64,000 nt of DNA. Origin: the human T2T-CHM13v2.0 reference genome, Homo sapiens. Location: NCBI RefSeq assembly GCF_009914755.1, contig NC_060925.1; one strand, given 5' to 3'. Below the pieces are notes generated by a model that saw only the letters and a program-made list of their open reading frames with translations, had not been told where the DNA came from and ran no database searches. Made by a program: the position numbers and the translations under genes. Shown here in pieces: positions 14,846 to 28,795 of this stretch (its first letter is position 1; each line of letters opens with the position of its first letter).

Positions 14846-14879
<34 letters not shown>
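14846..14879 (+). repeat. T34 homopolymer
   Basis: 34 consecutive T, not attached to an Alu/L1 body. Confidence 0.95.
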
Positions 14880-14881
<2 letters not shown>

Positions 14882-15130
14882 CAGTGTTAGTTTGCTGACA
14901 TTTCTGTACCATAGAATACCATGTGAACTGATTTGAGGAGTCCACCCACAGGCAGCGTCTTTCAGCTGTAGGATTATCTGAATGGCAAAAATCTTTAGTG
15001 CTGCAGGGGACCTCAGTGAGATGGCTTTGATGGTAGTTGAATAAAAGTGCTTTGAATGAGGAGATTTATTATCCACTTGGTTTTAGATATATTGTCTCCA
15101 TATATAACTTATATGCATAAATATGAATGA

Positions 15131-15313
<183 letters not shown>

Positions 15314-16387
15314 TAAGACATGGCATAGATGAGGTAAGAGATCTTGAATAAAAGATCTTGTTTTGCCGGTGTTGGTATAGTTGACACTTAATAAATGAAG
15401 AGTGTCTGGGTGCAGTGTTTCCCTGTAGACCTGAGGGAAGTTCGGCTCACCCTGAAGCTTCAGAATAGTACAGAACTTCCGGAAATGAGCTTAGTCACAT
15501 AACTGACCAGAGCTTTGCCTTTGGTGACAGCACAAGCCTGGTGGACGTGACCAGAAAGATGGGTGTAAGGAAGAGAAGAGAGACCCCTTTCTCTGGTCCA
15601 CTCTGTTAGTAGAAGAGCAAAAGAAGAATCTTGTGTGGTGTTACCTTTTTCTTCTCTGAAAGCTTGGACTTGCAGTTCATTATATGGAAATGTTTTGAAG
15701 ATATTTGTAGACAGTTCTCAAACTGTCCCATTAAATATTGGTAATTTGTTCAGGGTTAACCAGATATCCCTGTGAATGTATTTGAGCACTGCTTAGCTAC
15801 TTAGAGCAAAAAGTCATTTTCCAGCCTCTTTTCTCCAAATGTGTCATTTTAATGCACAATAAATTTTATTTCCCACCAGGAGTAAGATAACTGGAAGCAG
15901 ATAATAAATAAAACAAGAAACTGGATTGTTATAAGCTGAAGTCTTACTTGGGAAAATTTATTTGAAAGGAGACTGGTTGATTTTTGTTTGTTTTTAATGG
16001 CATGTTAGTTGCGCATTAGTTCAAAGGTTATGTAGTATTCCTTCCACCCCCACCCCCAAGCGGCTATGTAACAAGAATGAATGAATTTCCCTTATGGGAA
16101 GGGGTGGGGTTGGGGGTATTCTGTTCTGCCTAACAGTGAATATTTTCTTTCAAACGGAAAAGAAATAATGGAGTTCATTTTCCTCTGTGATTTTTTTTTT
16201 TTTTTTTTAGTTTTTTGGGGGGTGTGGTATCTCTTTGTTTACTGTGTGAATATTATGTGTTTGTTTTTGCAAGTAGTCACCATTTAATATAAATATAAAA
16301 TTATATAGTTATTAACATAAAGTCTTTAAAAATACAGTGTATATTTTTAAGGCAATTTGCAATAATGGTTGAATTATCCTTTCTCAG

Positions 16388-16449
16388 GTCTTCCCAACAC
16401 CTTTGGTGACTATGATGAAACGCCTTCTATGATGGCCAAGCACCTAAAG
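16388..16449 (+). CDS. MTR: MTR exon 10 (62 nt), (G)[20 protein letters not shown]
   Basis: ttctcag|GTCTTC ... CTAAAG|gtcagg. Confidence 0.96.
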
Positions 16450-17340
16450 GTCAGGGGTCCCCCTTTCACTGGCTTTTTAAGAGAGACAGAAAGATTGAAT
16501 TTTAGATTTAGAGTATTTAGAAGGAGAATTTTCCCTGAAGAAATCCCAATGTACATATAACAAAGAAAAGTTTAGCTATCCCAAATTAAGGTACTAGAGG
16601 CACAGGGGAGGGCTAACTGTCAGCATCCTTATCCTCAGCTGGCACTAGTGGCTGCTGGAAAATTCTCGTTGAGGTCCACTCCAAACTAATTGAGACTTGG
16701 CTCTCCTCTGAGATGTTGCTTCCCCTGCAGCCTTCCCAAATTGTAGCTTTCTGCCCTCACACCCCTCAGACTGCTGGGTGGAGTAGATGTCCCCCTGGCC
16801 GCCCATTGTCACCTCCATGATTCTCGCTGTCTGTCATACACTGGCCATTGTTAAATCCTAGGTCATGAGACCATACTATCCACTGCTGCTTCTTATTGCA
16901 CTTAGCTACTAATCCCTGGGTCTCTTTCCCCTTATTCCTTGAATTTTTAGCTTCTGTTTCACTGACATTCTCTCTTAGGCTATTTCTGACTTACTTCTTA
17001 TGATTTCATTATCTTTGTAGACAATCTTTCCAATACTCTTGACTTCTCAGCTCCTTGACTTTGTCTCTTAGTTATGGTGTTCTTTATTCAGTAGCCTATG
17101 GTTAAACTCTAGTCTCATGCTGTCCCATATGTAGCCACTACCATATGGTTTTTGGAGCCCTTGAATTGTGGCCAGTGTGACAGAGGAACTGAATTGTTAT
17201 TTAAACATTTTTTCAATTAATGTAAATTTAAAAATCAATACTCTATTTTGTGTTATTTGAAAATGTGTTATCCAACTCATATTCATTCAGCTCAGCATGT
17301 GGGTAAAAAAGTCATTAGATAGGCAAATCTCCCACTGAAC

Positions 17341-17645
17341 TTTATTTTTTGTGTTTATTTTTTTGAGACAGGGTCTTGCTGTGTTGCTCAGGCTGAAGTT
17401 CAGTGGTGTGATCATAGCTTACTGTAGCTTTGAACTCCTGGGCTCAAGCGATCCTCCCACCTAGCCTCCTGAGTAGCTGGGACTATAAACACATGCCACC
17501 ATGCCCAGCTAATTTTTAAATTTTTTGTAGAGATGAGGTCTTGCTATATTGCCCAGGCTGGTCTCAAATTCCTGGCCTCAAGTGATCCTCCTGCCTTTGC
17601 CTCCCAAAGTGCTGAGATTATAGGTGTGAGCCACCATACCCAGCC
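17341..17645 (-). mobile_element. AluJ
   Basis: Full dimer; degenerate TSD tcccactgaac/tctcactgcat. Confidence 0.9.
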
Positions 17646-17878
17646 TCTCACTGCATTTTAAATGGTATAAAGGATTTCACAGCATCTGAACTATTCTTTG
17701 CTTTTATCCTATGTCTAGGGCATGTGATATCTTTGTATCTAGAGTTAAGTATGTTTGACTCTCTTTTTAGTATAGTCTTAGTTATTCAGGAAGTATAGAC
17801 GGCTTTTATGTTGAATTGGTGGTAATGAGTTTAGAATTCAAGTGAACTTGCTGAAACTTTGTCTCTTCCTAAATGCAG

Positions 17879-17946
17879 GATTTTGCTATGGATGGCTTGG
17901 TCAATATAGTTGGAGGATGCTGTGGGTCAACACCAGATCATATCAG
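17879..17946 (+). CDS. MTR: MTR exon 11 (68 nt), DFAMDGLVNIVGGCCGSTPDHI(R); Zn ligands Cys323/Cys324
   Basis: aaatgcag|GATTTT ... ATCAG|gtaata; GGCC motif. Confidence 0.96.
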
Positions 17947-18018
17947 GTAATAATCACCTATAGACAATATATCTAAAACCAAGTGGATAATCAGGTAATA
18001 ATCTAAATATGTACTTTT

Positions 18019-18405
18019 TGTTATGGGCTGAATTGTGTCCTTCCAAAATTTGTATGTTGAAGTTCTAACCCCTACTGTTTCAGAATGTGGGCTGTATTTG
18101 GAGATGAGGCCTTTAAAGAGGCGACTAAGGTAAAATGTCATACAGGTGTACCTAATCCAACATGATTGGTGTCCTTTTAAGAGCAGGACACAAATGCGCA
18201 CACAGAGGCAAGCAAGACCGTGTCAAGACACAGGGAAGAATAGCTATCTACAAGACATGAAAGAGGCCTTAAAAGAAACTAACCCTGCCTGACGCCTTCA
18301 ACTCAGACTTCTGTCCTCCAGATTGTGAGAAAATACATTTCTGTTATTTAAGCCACCCAATCTTTGGCACTTTGTTATGGCAGCCCTTCCTAACAAGCTC
18401 ATACA
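18019..18405 (+). mobile_element. MLT1 (MLT1B-like) MaLR solo LTR, sense to MTR
   Basis: tgttatgggctgaattgtgtcc...tttgttatggcagccc...ataca; TSD ctttt/ccttt. Confidence 0.85.
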
Positions 18406-19004
18406 CCTTTATATTATGAAACATTTTAGAGAAATAATAAAATGGACCTCTATATGCCTGTCACATGGTTGCCATAATTTTCAATGTTTTTCCATTCTTA
18501 TTTCATCTATCCCTCAACTTTTCCCCCTGGATTATGTAAAGTAAATCCCAGATATTATGATATTCTATCCTTAAATACCTGAGTAATATTTGAATGCTCA
18601 AAGAGGACAGCTCATATTTATTGTGGGCAAATACAGGCCTCCATTAGATTCTCTCATGGAGGGAAAAGACGATAAGACAACAGGTATCTTGAGGTCAGGA
18701 GAAGTGTCTTCACATTGCCTGGTACACAGTGGTTGCTTAATTCATGTTTTCAAGTGTGCATATGAAGGAAGGGAGCGAAACAAGCATGACCATGTGTTTA
18801 ATTCCTTAGAGTTTTATAGCTTATAGGAAGATTGGAATTCAGTGAAATGGAACATTGTTTAGGACTGTTTATATTTGTTTTTTCCCTGGAGTGACTGATG
18901 ATCATATTTCCAGCCAGTCATCTCACTGTTCCAAGTCTGTTTTCATGTGTGTCATATGTTCACTCTACTGAGTTACCTTGTAGTTCACTGCTTTTGTTGA
19001 CTGA

Positions 19005-19326
<322 letters not shown>

Positions 19327-20209
19327 TAAATGATAATTTTAAAAATATCTTGTAAATAATTTCTGAAAGCTGTCAGTAGTTAAATATTGCTTATCTTTGG
19401 ATCAGCAACTATTTCTTTTTGTTTTGTTTCCTCTTTAAAAAGAGGAGTTGTTTTAAATGTCTGTGTGTATGTTTGTGTATATCTATATTTATATCTGTCT
19501 GTATATATGTTTGCTTCTTTTACTTAGACATTCACATTCTAATTTGGGGACAGTAGAGTAGAGCAATTCTTACTGGTCCTGATAAATTTAGTGGAGTAGC
19601 CACATTTTTCTGGTTGATCAAAGACATGATTTATTAAAACTGATAATGTTAAAGGGAGTGCGAATGACTAAAACAAATCTTTAAGAGTAATTATTTTGGA
19701 GTTTTAGTGCTTTATGTCTATGTACCCTCCCTACTGTGTGTGTGCTGTAGTAAAAACAGATCCACTGGACCTAATTCTCTCCTCTCCTAGCCCCTCTGCT
19801 TGTGCCTGCTCCTTCTTGCCAAAGGTGAAATCCTTTTTCTGTTCAAATTTTGAGTAGGAAGCAAGGATTGTGTGTGTGTAGATTTGACAGAGTAAAAGAC
19901 ATCTGTGGATGTGGGGAAGATGGAAGGAAGTTTGCTGTTTGTATTTGTGCAAACTGTCATATAGCTCCAGGTTCATGTCTCAGAAAGTAAAAACAACACA
20001 GCCAGTGCATAGCTGATGGGCAGGCACATAAAAGGTACAGTTTATAGATTAATTTTCTGCCTTGTTGAGAAAACTAAAAGGCATGATTGTTGCTGCACAC
20101 TTGGAAGTAGGTATATAATTATATGTATAGTTATGTTAAATAGACTTAATTTTATAGTTAAAATTAGTTTTGAAATTAGTTTCATTAAATATATTTTATT
20201 CTGAATTAA

Positions 20210-20326
<117 letters not shown>

Positions 20327-23015
20327 TAAAGACCTGGTATTCCTGATTGCAGAAACCATTTGTGGAGTGTGAGTATTCTAAGTGGTAGTGATGTTTGTGC
20401 TAGGCAGCTTGCTTATTAGGTCGAAGAAGAATCCATATATTCTTGGCGCTTAAATGAATTCTAGTGAAGAACCCTTTGTTTTTCCAGGGCTGGGGCAAGA
20501 TGACGTCAACTTTAGGGTAAAAGTGAAGGAAGGCCCAGGTGATTTGCCCAGGTAGAGTCCTTGGTGGGAGCTCGATGGTCCTATCTTTATTGTCCACTGT
20601 TTTGAAAACATACTCTTGGCCACAGCCTAACAATTTTAATTTTCAGGTTGATACTAGTTACTGAAAATTCCAAACTGCCAAGGTGTAATGTTTGGTGATG
20701 GCAGCAGCATCTTCCTAGAAAATTGTTTCTAAAATATTCTTGTTGTAATCTTACATTTGCCACATGTTTAGGACTTTACAAAGACTTGTGGTATGTATTT
20801 TCTCTTTGGTTCTCAACAATCCTTTGAGGTGGGTAGCCTCCCTTTTTCAGCATGAATTTTGTGTTGAAACAAGGACCGTTAGTAAACTAGGTCATCAGGC
20901 CAATTGTTAGAAAAATAACTTTAAATTTCATATTTTTGCTTCAGTATGTTCATGATGTATTAAATGGTAACTTTAAGCAGAAAAAGTATGATTTTTAGAG
21001 AACCTGCAAATAACACATATGAGGAATTATGTTCCCTAATAGCTTAGAATTTAACATCTCTCTGAATTGAAATATTTTTGTTTTGTATATTGTCCTATGA
21101 AAAGTAAAATAAATTACGAATGACAGCAAAAGTAGTGTCCACTTTTCTCACTCAGAACATAGCACAGAATTAATCCCAATCAGTGAGTGTGAAGTTGGGT
21201 TAACACATACGAACTATATTCAGGCTAGCCCTTTATTTTTTTTTTTAATACTCCAGAAGGTAGAGGATGAGATTAGGAAAAGTGGGATTCATGGTTTATG
21301 ATACTCCCTCTCTGGAAATAGTGGCTTTTATCAGAGAGAGGTGTGGCAGGAAAATTTATTTATTTCATCCCTGAAACTTAGTGCATTACTTCAGCCAAGC
21401 ACTAAGAGTGGAAAACATTCAGCCTTTGCCAAAATTGAAACAAGAGAGCCATTTACATAAGATTAAAAAAAATAATTTATATGTAAGAATAAAAGAATTT
21501 TTTCTTCAATTTGAATGTCGTACGCTATTGCTAAATTGCTTTAAACAATCACCTTCCATCAGATTTTAAAAGAGTGACATCAAATGTGCTGTTTAAAATT
21601 GTTCTTTTATAAATCACAAACTTGAGAGAAGTGTGATCTTTGTATCAAGTACTTCACATTCATAATAGATCATAAGTACTTTGTGTGAGATGCTTTTGGC
21701 GGAGGAGTCACACAGAAATGTCAGCATTGAAATGTTGGCTCCCTGCTTGCCTGTCCTGGGAACCTCAGGGTCAGACTAGGATCGGGCGTACCCTGCGACT
21801 AGCTTGGAAGGCTGGGGCCATGAGGATCATTGCCAGATGGAAGAGAAATCATAAGCCAGTACCGTGCATGGAAAGCGATAATCTCTATCAGTGCACCAAG
21901 GGGCCTGGAATGCTTTTGTCATGACCCAGTTTATAGTCATTATTTTTCTCTGCCTCATATCTGTTTCTTCCTCAGCTCATGCTTTGGCAAAGGTCTCAAA
22001 AGCCATTTTCTTTTATTAACAATGAAAGCAGTGATTATGGGTGCTAATTCTGTGCCTGTCAATGTTATTCAGTTTCATTTTTACAATAACAGTATAAAGC
22101 AGACACTTTACTGTCTTTGTAAACTCAGAGGCATATGGGAAGTTGCCCCAAGGTTGTTCATTCAGGTAAGTGATTTGAACCCAAGGCCGTCTGTACCCAG
22201 AACCTGCCTATAACCATCTAATGAGACTGCCTCTCCTAATACTTTAAATGTAATGAATAGAACAAAAACAGTTCAGAGCCTTTTCTGTAGTGATACTTTA
22301 CACTGTATGTTTTTACTTCAGTGTGATATATCCACATGTATTATCTGATATTTGCCCCTAAATTGGCCAGTGGCAGGGGAGATGTTATTATGTTGGTGGA
22401 TAAGGAAACAGGCACCAGAAGTCCACCTGGCTTACCTAGAGTCAGCTCATTAGTGATAGACCTGCCACAGTGACTCCTGTCTCTCAGGTCTCAACCTGGA
22501 TCCCTGATTCAGCCTTGTTGATTATGGGTTCTAGGCCTCTGAATCAAAGAAATGAAGTAATGTTGTAAACACACCATTGGTGGGATTAAAAAAGCTTACT
22601 CCATATAGCTTTAAGCTAACATCTGAGCAGACAGCTGTGGAGCACCCCTCTTTCAATTCTAACTTTGTCCATGGTTTTTGCCTCAGCCTCTTGGTTAAAT
22701 AGGGGTTGATGATTATTTTTCCTTTTTTCTCAGAGATGGTATGATTTGGTCCTTTAGGTTATTTGCAACATAAAACTCTGAAATATTTCTTCTTTTGAGA
22801 GTTATGGTTGTAAATGTAGTTGTAACAAATAGCCTTTACTGCATTTGAATCTCCCTAGAGACGACTATGGCCCTGTTTCCACATTGGATCTCCTATCTGC
22901 TCAGATGGGCTATGGTGCAGGAACTTCTCTTTCTTATTGAATACATTTGTGTCTGTCTGTCTCATGTCATCCATATGCATTTGCAGAAATTTTTCAAAAT
23001 GCTTCTCCTTTTAAG

Positions 23016-23128
23016 GTCTAGAGCCCTTCAGGATTGGACCGTACACCAACTTTGTTAACATTGGAGAGCGCTGTAATGTTGCAGGATCAAGGAAGTTTGC
23101 TAAACTCATCATGGCAGGAAACTATGAA
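23016..23128 (+). CDS. MTR: MTR exon 13 (113 nt), (G)[37 protein letters not shown]
   Basis: ccttttaag|GTCTAG ... TATGAA|gtgagc; IGER motif opens the pterin-binding barrel. Confidence 0.96.
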
Positions 23129-24399
23129 GTGAGCATCTTAATAAGACCCCTGAGGCATCTGCCCATGTCTTTGGCTAGACAGCATGTAAATGAAACAGCT
23201 CTCTGCCTTTGATAGTGTTATTAGCAGAGCTGCTAGAAAGTGTGAGAAGATGGTAATGTGTGTTTGCAGCAGACTGGGCTGGTGGGAGGACGAGGCTTTG
23301 AAAAATTGAAGCTGCTGTTGTCAATATTTGTTAAAAAGTACTGCATTTGGTGTATGAAGTAGGATGAGATGGGAGGGATCCAGGTTCTAGCTATTTCTAT
23401 TAATCATGAAATAAGTTAAAAAATTTGAGAGGCTTTTTATTTTGTCTTCTCACAAATCCTTCTAGGGAAAGGGAAAGACAAGAAAATTCCTGTCAGTTCC
23501 TTATGATCGCATCAAACGCTGACTGTTGAGGGTATTATGGATCTTGTTAGCTGTAGACTAAAATAAACAAACAAAAGAAATAGGCCCTTGCCTTGGAAAG
23601 TTTATGTGATAGTTTTAGCCATGGTGTTTTTAAGCTCAGTCACTCTGTGGATGAGCAAAATTTAATACATACAGAGCATACCTAAGACTCCTGGATAGAT
23701 TTTCCTATGAAAATATGAATTTAAAAATGGAGGAATTTTGCCTGGGCCTTAATGATAATTAACTTTATCATCCAACTTTCCTCACTTTTTTGCAACCTTT
23801 AGGAGATCTTCCAGAAACCAGTACCAGAGCTGATTTAGTTTTCATAACAAGGAAAGGACCATTTATTCCCCTTCATGGACCTGTTCATTATTACCTGATG
23901 GCATCCCTGGAGGCGTGTCTTCCTTCCCAGTCCCTCAGCTGACACATTAGCAGGGCCTGGTTGCCCAGTTTCACCACTTCCTCTGTTGGTCCTCTTCCCC
24001 TCATTCTTGCTGCTGTCCAGTGCTCCTGTATGCATCCATCATGGGCCTTCCCAGTTTGGAAATTCCACAGGGTGACTTTTTTTTGTGTATGGGATAAAAC
24101 TGAAATTCCTTAGTCTGTCATTCCGTCCTCTTCACTTAGGTATTAAACTGCCCTCCCATCCTGATCTGTCATCTGAACATTCCAGGAGGCTCGCTTCTGA
24201 CTCTGTGCCTTTGTTCTTGTTTGCTTCCTTCTGAAGTGCCAGTGACTCTTCCTAGCCATATAGTGTTCTTCAGTTGGCAGTGTTTCTATTATGTTTTGCT
24301 TCTTATGCCTATTCTATGGTGTCCCTTTGGTGGATTTGATAGATTTGACACTGAGAGCATTTTAGGAAGAAGCAAACAGGTGGAAGTAATAATATCTAT

Positions 24400-24625
24400 C
24401 ATTTAATAAGGTCTTTCTATATGCCAGTCACTGTGCTAAGCACTTTATGTCATTACTCATTTAATCATCACAGCCTGGTGGAGATAGGTACTGTGGTTAT
24501 CCCCATTTTACAGGTGTAGAGATGGAGGCTTGGGGAGGTTAAATGACTTGCCTATTGTTGTACAGCAAGTAAATGATAGAACCCAAGTCTCCCAAGCATG
24601 TGCCCTTAACCACTCTGCTATCTCT
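24400..24625 (-). mobile_element. MIR SINE
   Basis: cactgtgctaagcacttta...atccccattttacag...ggttaaatgacttgcc. Confidence 0.75.
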
Positions 24626-25227
24626 GCCTAGTGGAAACAGTAGGAGGGGGCAGTAGAAACAGGAAGGGACAGGTGACTCTTCATTAGAGTCTAGCTCTTA
24701 TGACTTAATGATCCCTTTGTGGTTTAGTGGAAAGAACATTGACCTGAAAGAAGTTCCAGTCCTATGTTCTTGCCCAACTCATACATCTTTAAACAAACCA
24801 CTTCATCTCTCTGAGCTTGTTTGGGAAGGTTAGACTTTGAAGCTGTTATTCCGTGATTCTTAAGAAATAGGTCAGATATTGGCATTTCCGTTTTTGAGGT
24901 CTTTTGACCCTGTTGCTTACTATCTTATCTCCTGTCTGTTTGCTCCATCCATTCCCCATTAGTCAGCTGAAGATGCTCCCTCTCAGTTAGCTTTCTCCAT
25001 TTTGGTTTGTAGAGACCTTTCCCTTTCCTGGATGTTGAGGTCATCTTGGCATTTGACCCACACATTGTATGGCAGTGCCCAGTAGTTTTTTACATGACTG
25101 TGACATGTGCCTCCATCTAGATATAAACCCTTCAAGAACCAGGATTGTGATTTACACTTCTTTTTATTCTTTATATTATTTAAATTAGTATTGATACTAG
25201 AAAACATTTTTTGATTTACTGACTTAA

Positions 25228-25647
<420 letters not shown>

Positions 25648-26061
25648 TAAAAGTTTCTATTTTTTTTTTCCTTGGGCTAAAAAAAAATCAAGACAATATC
25701 AGCATCTACTATTGATTTTATCCTTGCTTATTTCATTACACTATGAAGTGTACAGTGAAAACTTAAATAAACAAAAAGTCTCTGCCTTGTTACTTAGAAG
25801 GTATTATGGAACATGTATATTTTGCCCAGCATTGTTCAGAATGAGAAGTATATAAGACTTTTTGGAACACTTATCCTACAAAATATTCCTTAGACGATCA
25901 TAAGTGGGAAATGCTGTATTCTGTTTTGGGAAGGTTGCAGTGTGTAATAGTGCATTAAATAATTTGAAAAGCCTTCCAGTGTTATAAAAACCTGCTGAAA
26001 TTTATTTAAGTCACATTTCTTTTCATGTAACTTCTATTAACAGCCTGCAATGAATACTTTC

Positions 26062-26119
26062 GGCAGATACTGAAGAGTTATATAGTTTTTGGCAAATACT
26101 GAAGAGTTATATCATTTTG
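26062..26119 (+). repeat. 29-bp tandem duplication (2 copies)
   Basis: ggcagatactgaagagttatatagttttt / ggcaaatactgaagagttatatcattttg. Confidence 0.9.
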
Positions 26120-26524
26120 GATGGTTTCTCTAAGGACTTTTTTTGGAGGAGATGGGGCTTGAGCTGGGTCTTAAACAATGTGGAAGGGAAAGGGATTGCG
26201 TTCCAAGCAGAGGGAACAACGTGATCTGCAGCACAGAGGTGGGAACAGATTTGGCTGGGTGAAGGCTCCAGTCGGGGTGGAATGGGAAGTTCAGCTGGGT
26301 AAGAAGATGGGGCCAGCTCAGAGGGCCTTGACTGCCATGCTGAGGGATTTAGAATCTTTATGGTAGGAAAACAGCTTTGGTGGATTCTAAGCAGTGAGAT
26401 GATGTGATGGAAGAGATGTGTAAGAAAGGTTAATTTGTGATGAGTGATGGGTGGACAGCAGGCCCGGAGTCAGGGAGTCTGGCGAGGTAGTCTGTGTAAT
26501 TTGAAGGATTGCTGGGAAGGGTAA

Positions 26525-26794
<270 letters not shown>

Positions 26795-27310
26795 TAACCG
26801 TGCCAGTTGTCCCATTAATCTGTGAACTCAAGAACTGGTTTTCTGTTTCTCAACATCGAAAACAGGGTAGTTTCTGATTGTCAGCTTTCTCAGATACTGA
26901 TAACCTTTCCAGATAAAGCAGATCTTGGAGACAGCTGTGGCTTCAGCCTGGCTGTTTCCAAGGCTTCTGGGATTGTTCATGAGAATTGAGTCTCCTCAGA
27001 TGTCTGGACAGACTAACAACCCACTTTCCATGTATGTGAAGGAAAATCATTGGCTCTATTTCTACCATAGGCAAGGGAACTCAGTGAATTCTTTCTTATA
27101 ACAGGAAGGAGAGAACTTTTAGGCTTATCAGATTAAGACAAAAATATAAAACAAGATTAAATCAAGAGATTATGTCAGCTTTTACATTTGTTCTTCAAAA
27201 GGTGAAAATTGATTTTCGTGTCAGTCTTTTAAACATTTTTAAATGAGTTCTAAAATTAAAAAAAAAATCTTACCTTGTTTTTCTGCCGTTAAGTTTGTTA
27301 TGAGAAGTGA

Positions 27311-27584
27311 TTTTTTTTTTTCCCCTCCTGAGGCAGGGTTTTGCTCTGTGGCCCAGGCTGGAGTGCAGTGGTGCAATCATAGCTCACTGCAACCTCAGGC
27401 TTCTCCCACTTCGGCTTCCTGAGTAGCTGGGACCACAGGCACGCATCATTTAAAAAAAATTTTTAGTAGAGAGGTCGGGTCTTGCTGTGTTCACAGGCTG
27501 ATTTTGAACTCCTAGTCTCAATCAATCCTCCTGCCTTGGCTTCCCAAAGTGGTAGGATTGCAGTTGTGAGCCATTGTGCCTGGC
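27311..27584 (-). mobile_element. AluJ with internal deletions
   Basis: Antisense Alu; TSD gaagtgattttt. Confidence 0.85.
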
Positions 27585-28666
27585 AGGAAGTGATTTTTGA
27601 AGTTCTTCTTTTTTAAAGAAACTTCCTAGTGCTCTAAGAGTTGCATTTTTCAGGTTGAGCTCTTGGTTTTTTTATTAGGCTTCAGCAGATTCAGCAGATT
27701 TAAGTTAGAGTCTATGGTAGGTACTGAATTACATTTGTCCATCTTTCATTTGTGTCTTAAAACTCTTTACTAAAAAGTCTTGTCATTCCTCTGGGAGTAA
27801 ATATTTTGAGAATTTAAGGTACAAAGAAGCAAGACAACTTGTTCAAAGTTAGTTAGAATCAGAGGTATAGCCAATTGTTTATCAGCTTAGTATTGGGAAG
27901 AGGGTAGACTCGCCTTGTAAGGCCCAATCAAGTCAATGGACTATTGACCCTACTTTCCTCATCTCTAAAATGGGATCATCAAACCCCCTTTGTGAATTGT
28001 AAAGATGCAAGTGCTTTATCAACTGTGAAGGACCCCATGTAACTCAATACATTATTAGTGTTCTGATTGCTACAGTAATTTCTTATCTTTCTTGGTTTTG
28101 CCCTACTACCACAACTTATTGGAGGCCAAATTTCTACCCAGGTGGTAAAGCATAAAATCATTTTACCAGCACCTTTTCACCAGTAGGGTTGGGACACCAA
28201 ACTATCAGCAAGCAAATACAAGCCGATACACTGGCCTGGTGTTGTCATTGCATTTGACCCTTTCCTTAGCAAACCTCTCATTACTAGCATACTAAGAAAA
28301 AGCAAAACTGGTAGCGTGCCTTTTCTTTTTTGCTCGTTTGGTGGCGTGGCTTAGGAAATTGCTGACTACTCATTCTTCAGTCCTCAGTTGAAATGTTTCC
28401 TGCCCTGGGAAGCTTTCCCTGGATTTTCCTGCCCCATTCTCCATGCTTCATAGACTGGGTGCCCCTGAAATATGCTTCCATGGCAGTCTGTGCTTCTCTT
28501 ATGCTTTTAGCATTTACTACACTTTATGTCATTACTTGTTTAATTATTTATCTTTATAAACTCAGTGGAGCCAGAGACCTGGCTTTCTTACTGTTTTCCC
28601 TGTATGGGCCTAATATGGTAGTCACTTAATTATTTATTGAATGGCTTAATTGAATAATGTGGCCTA

Positions 28667-28795
28667 TGCTGGGAGCTGTGGTATGCACCTGTAGTTGCAG
28701 CTACTCAGGAGGCTGAGTGTGGAGGGTCCCTGGAGCTCAGGAGTTCAAGACCAGCCAAGGCAACATAGTTAGACCCTGTCTTTAAAAATATAAAA
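28667..28795 (+). mobile_element. FLAM Alu monomer
   Basis: Monomer with TSD aataatgtggccta/aataatgcagccta. Confidence 0.8.

Noticed and set aside
14667-15076. Minus ORFs with poly-Lys
   Set aside because: Translation of the T34 tract
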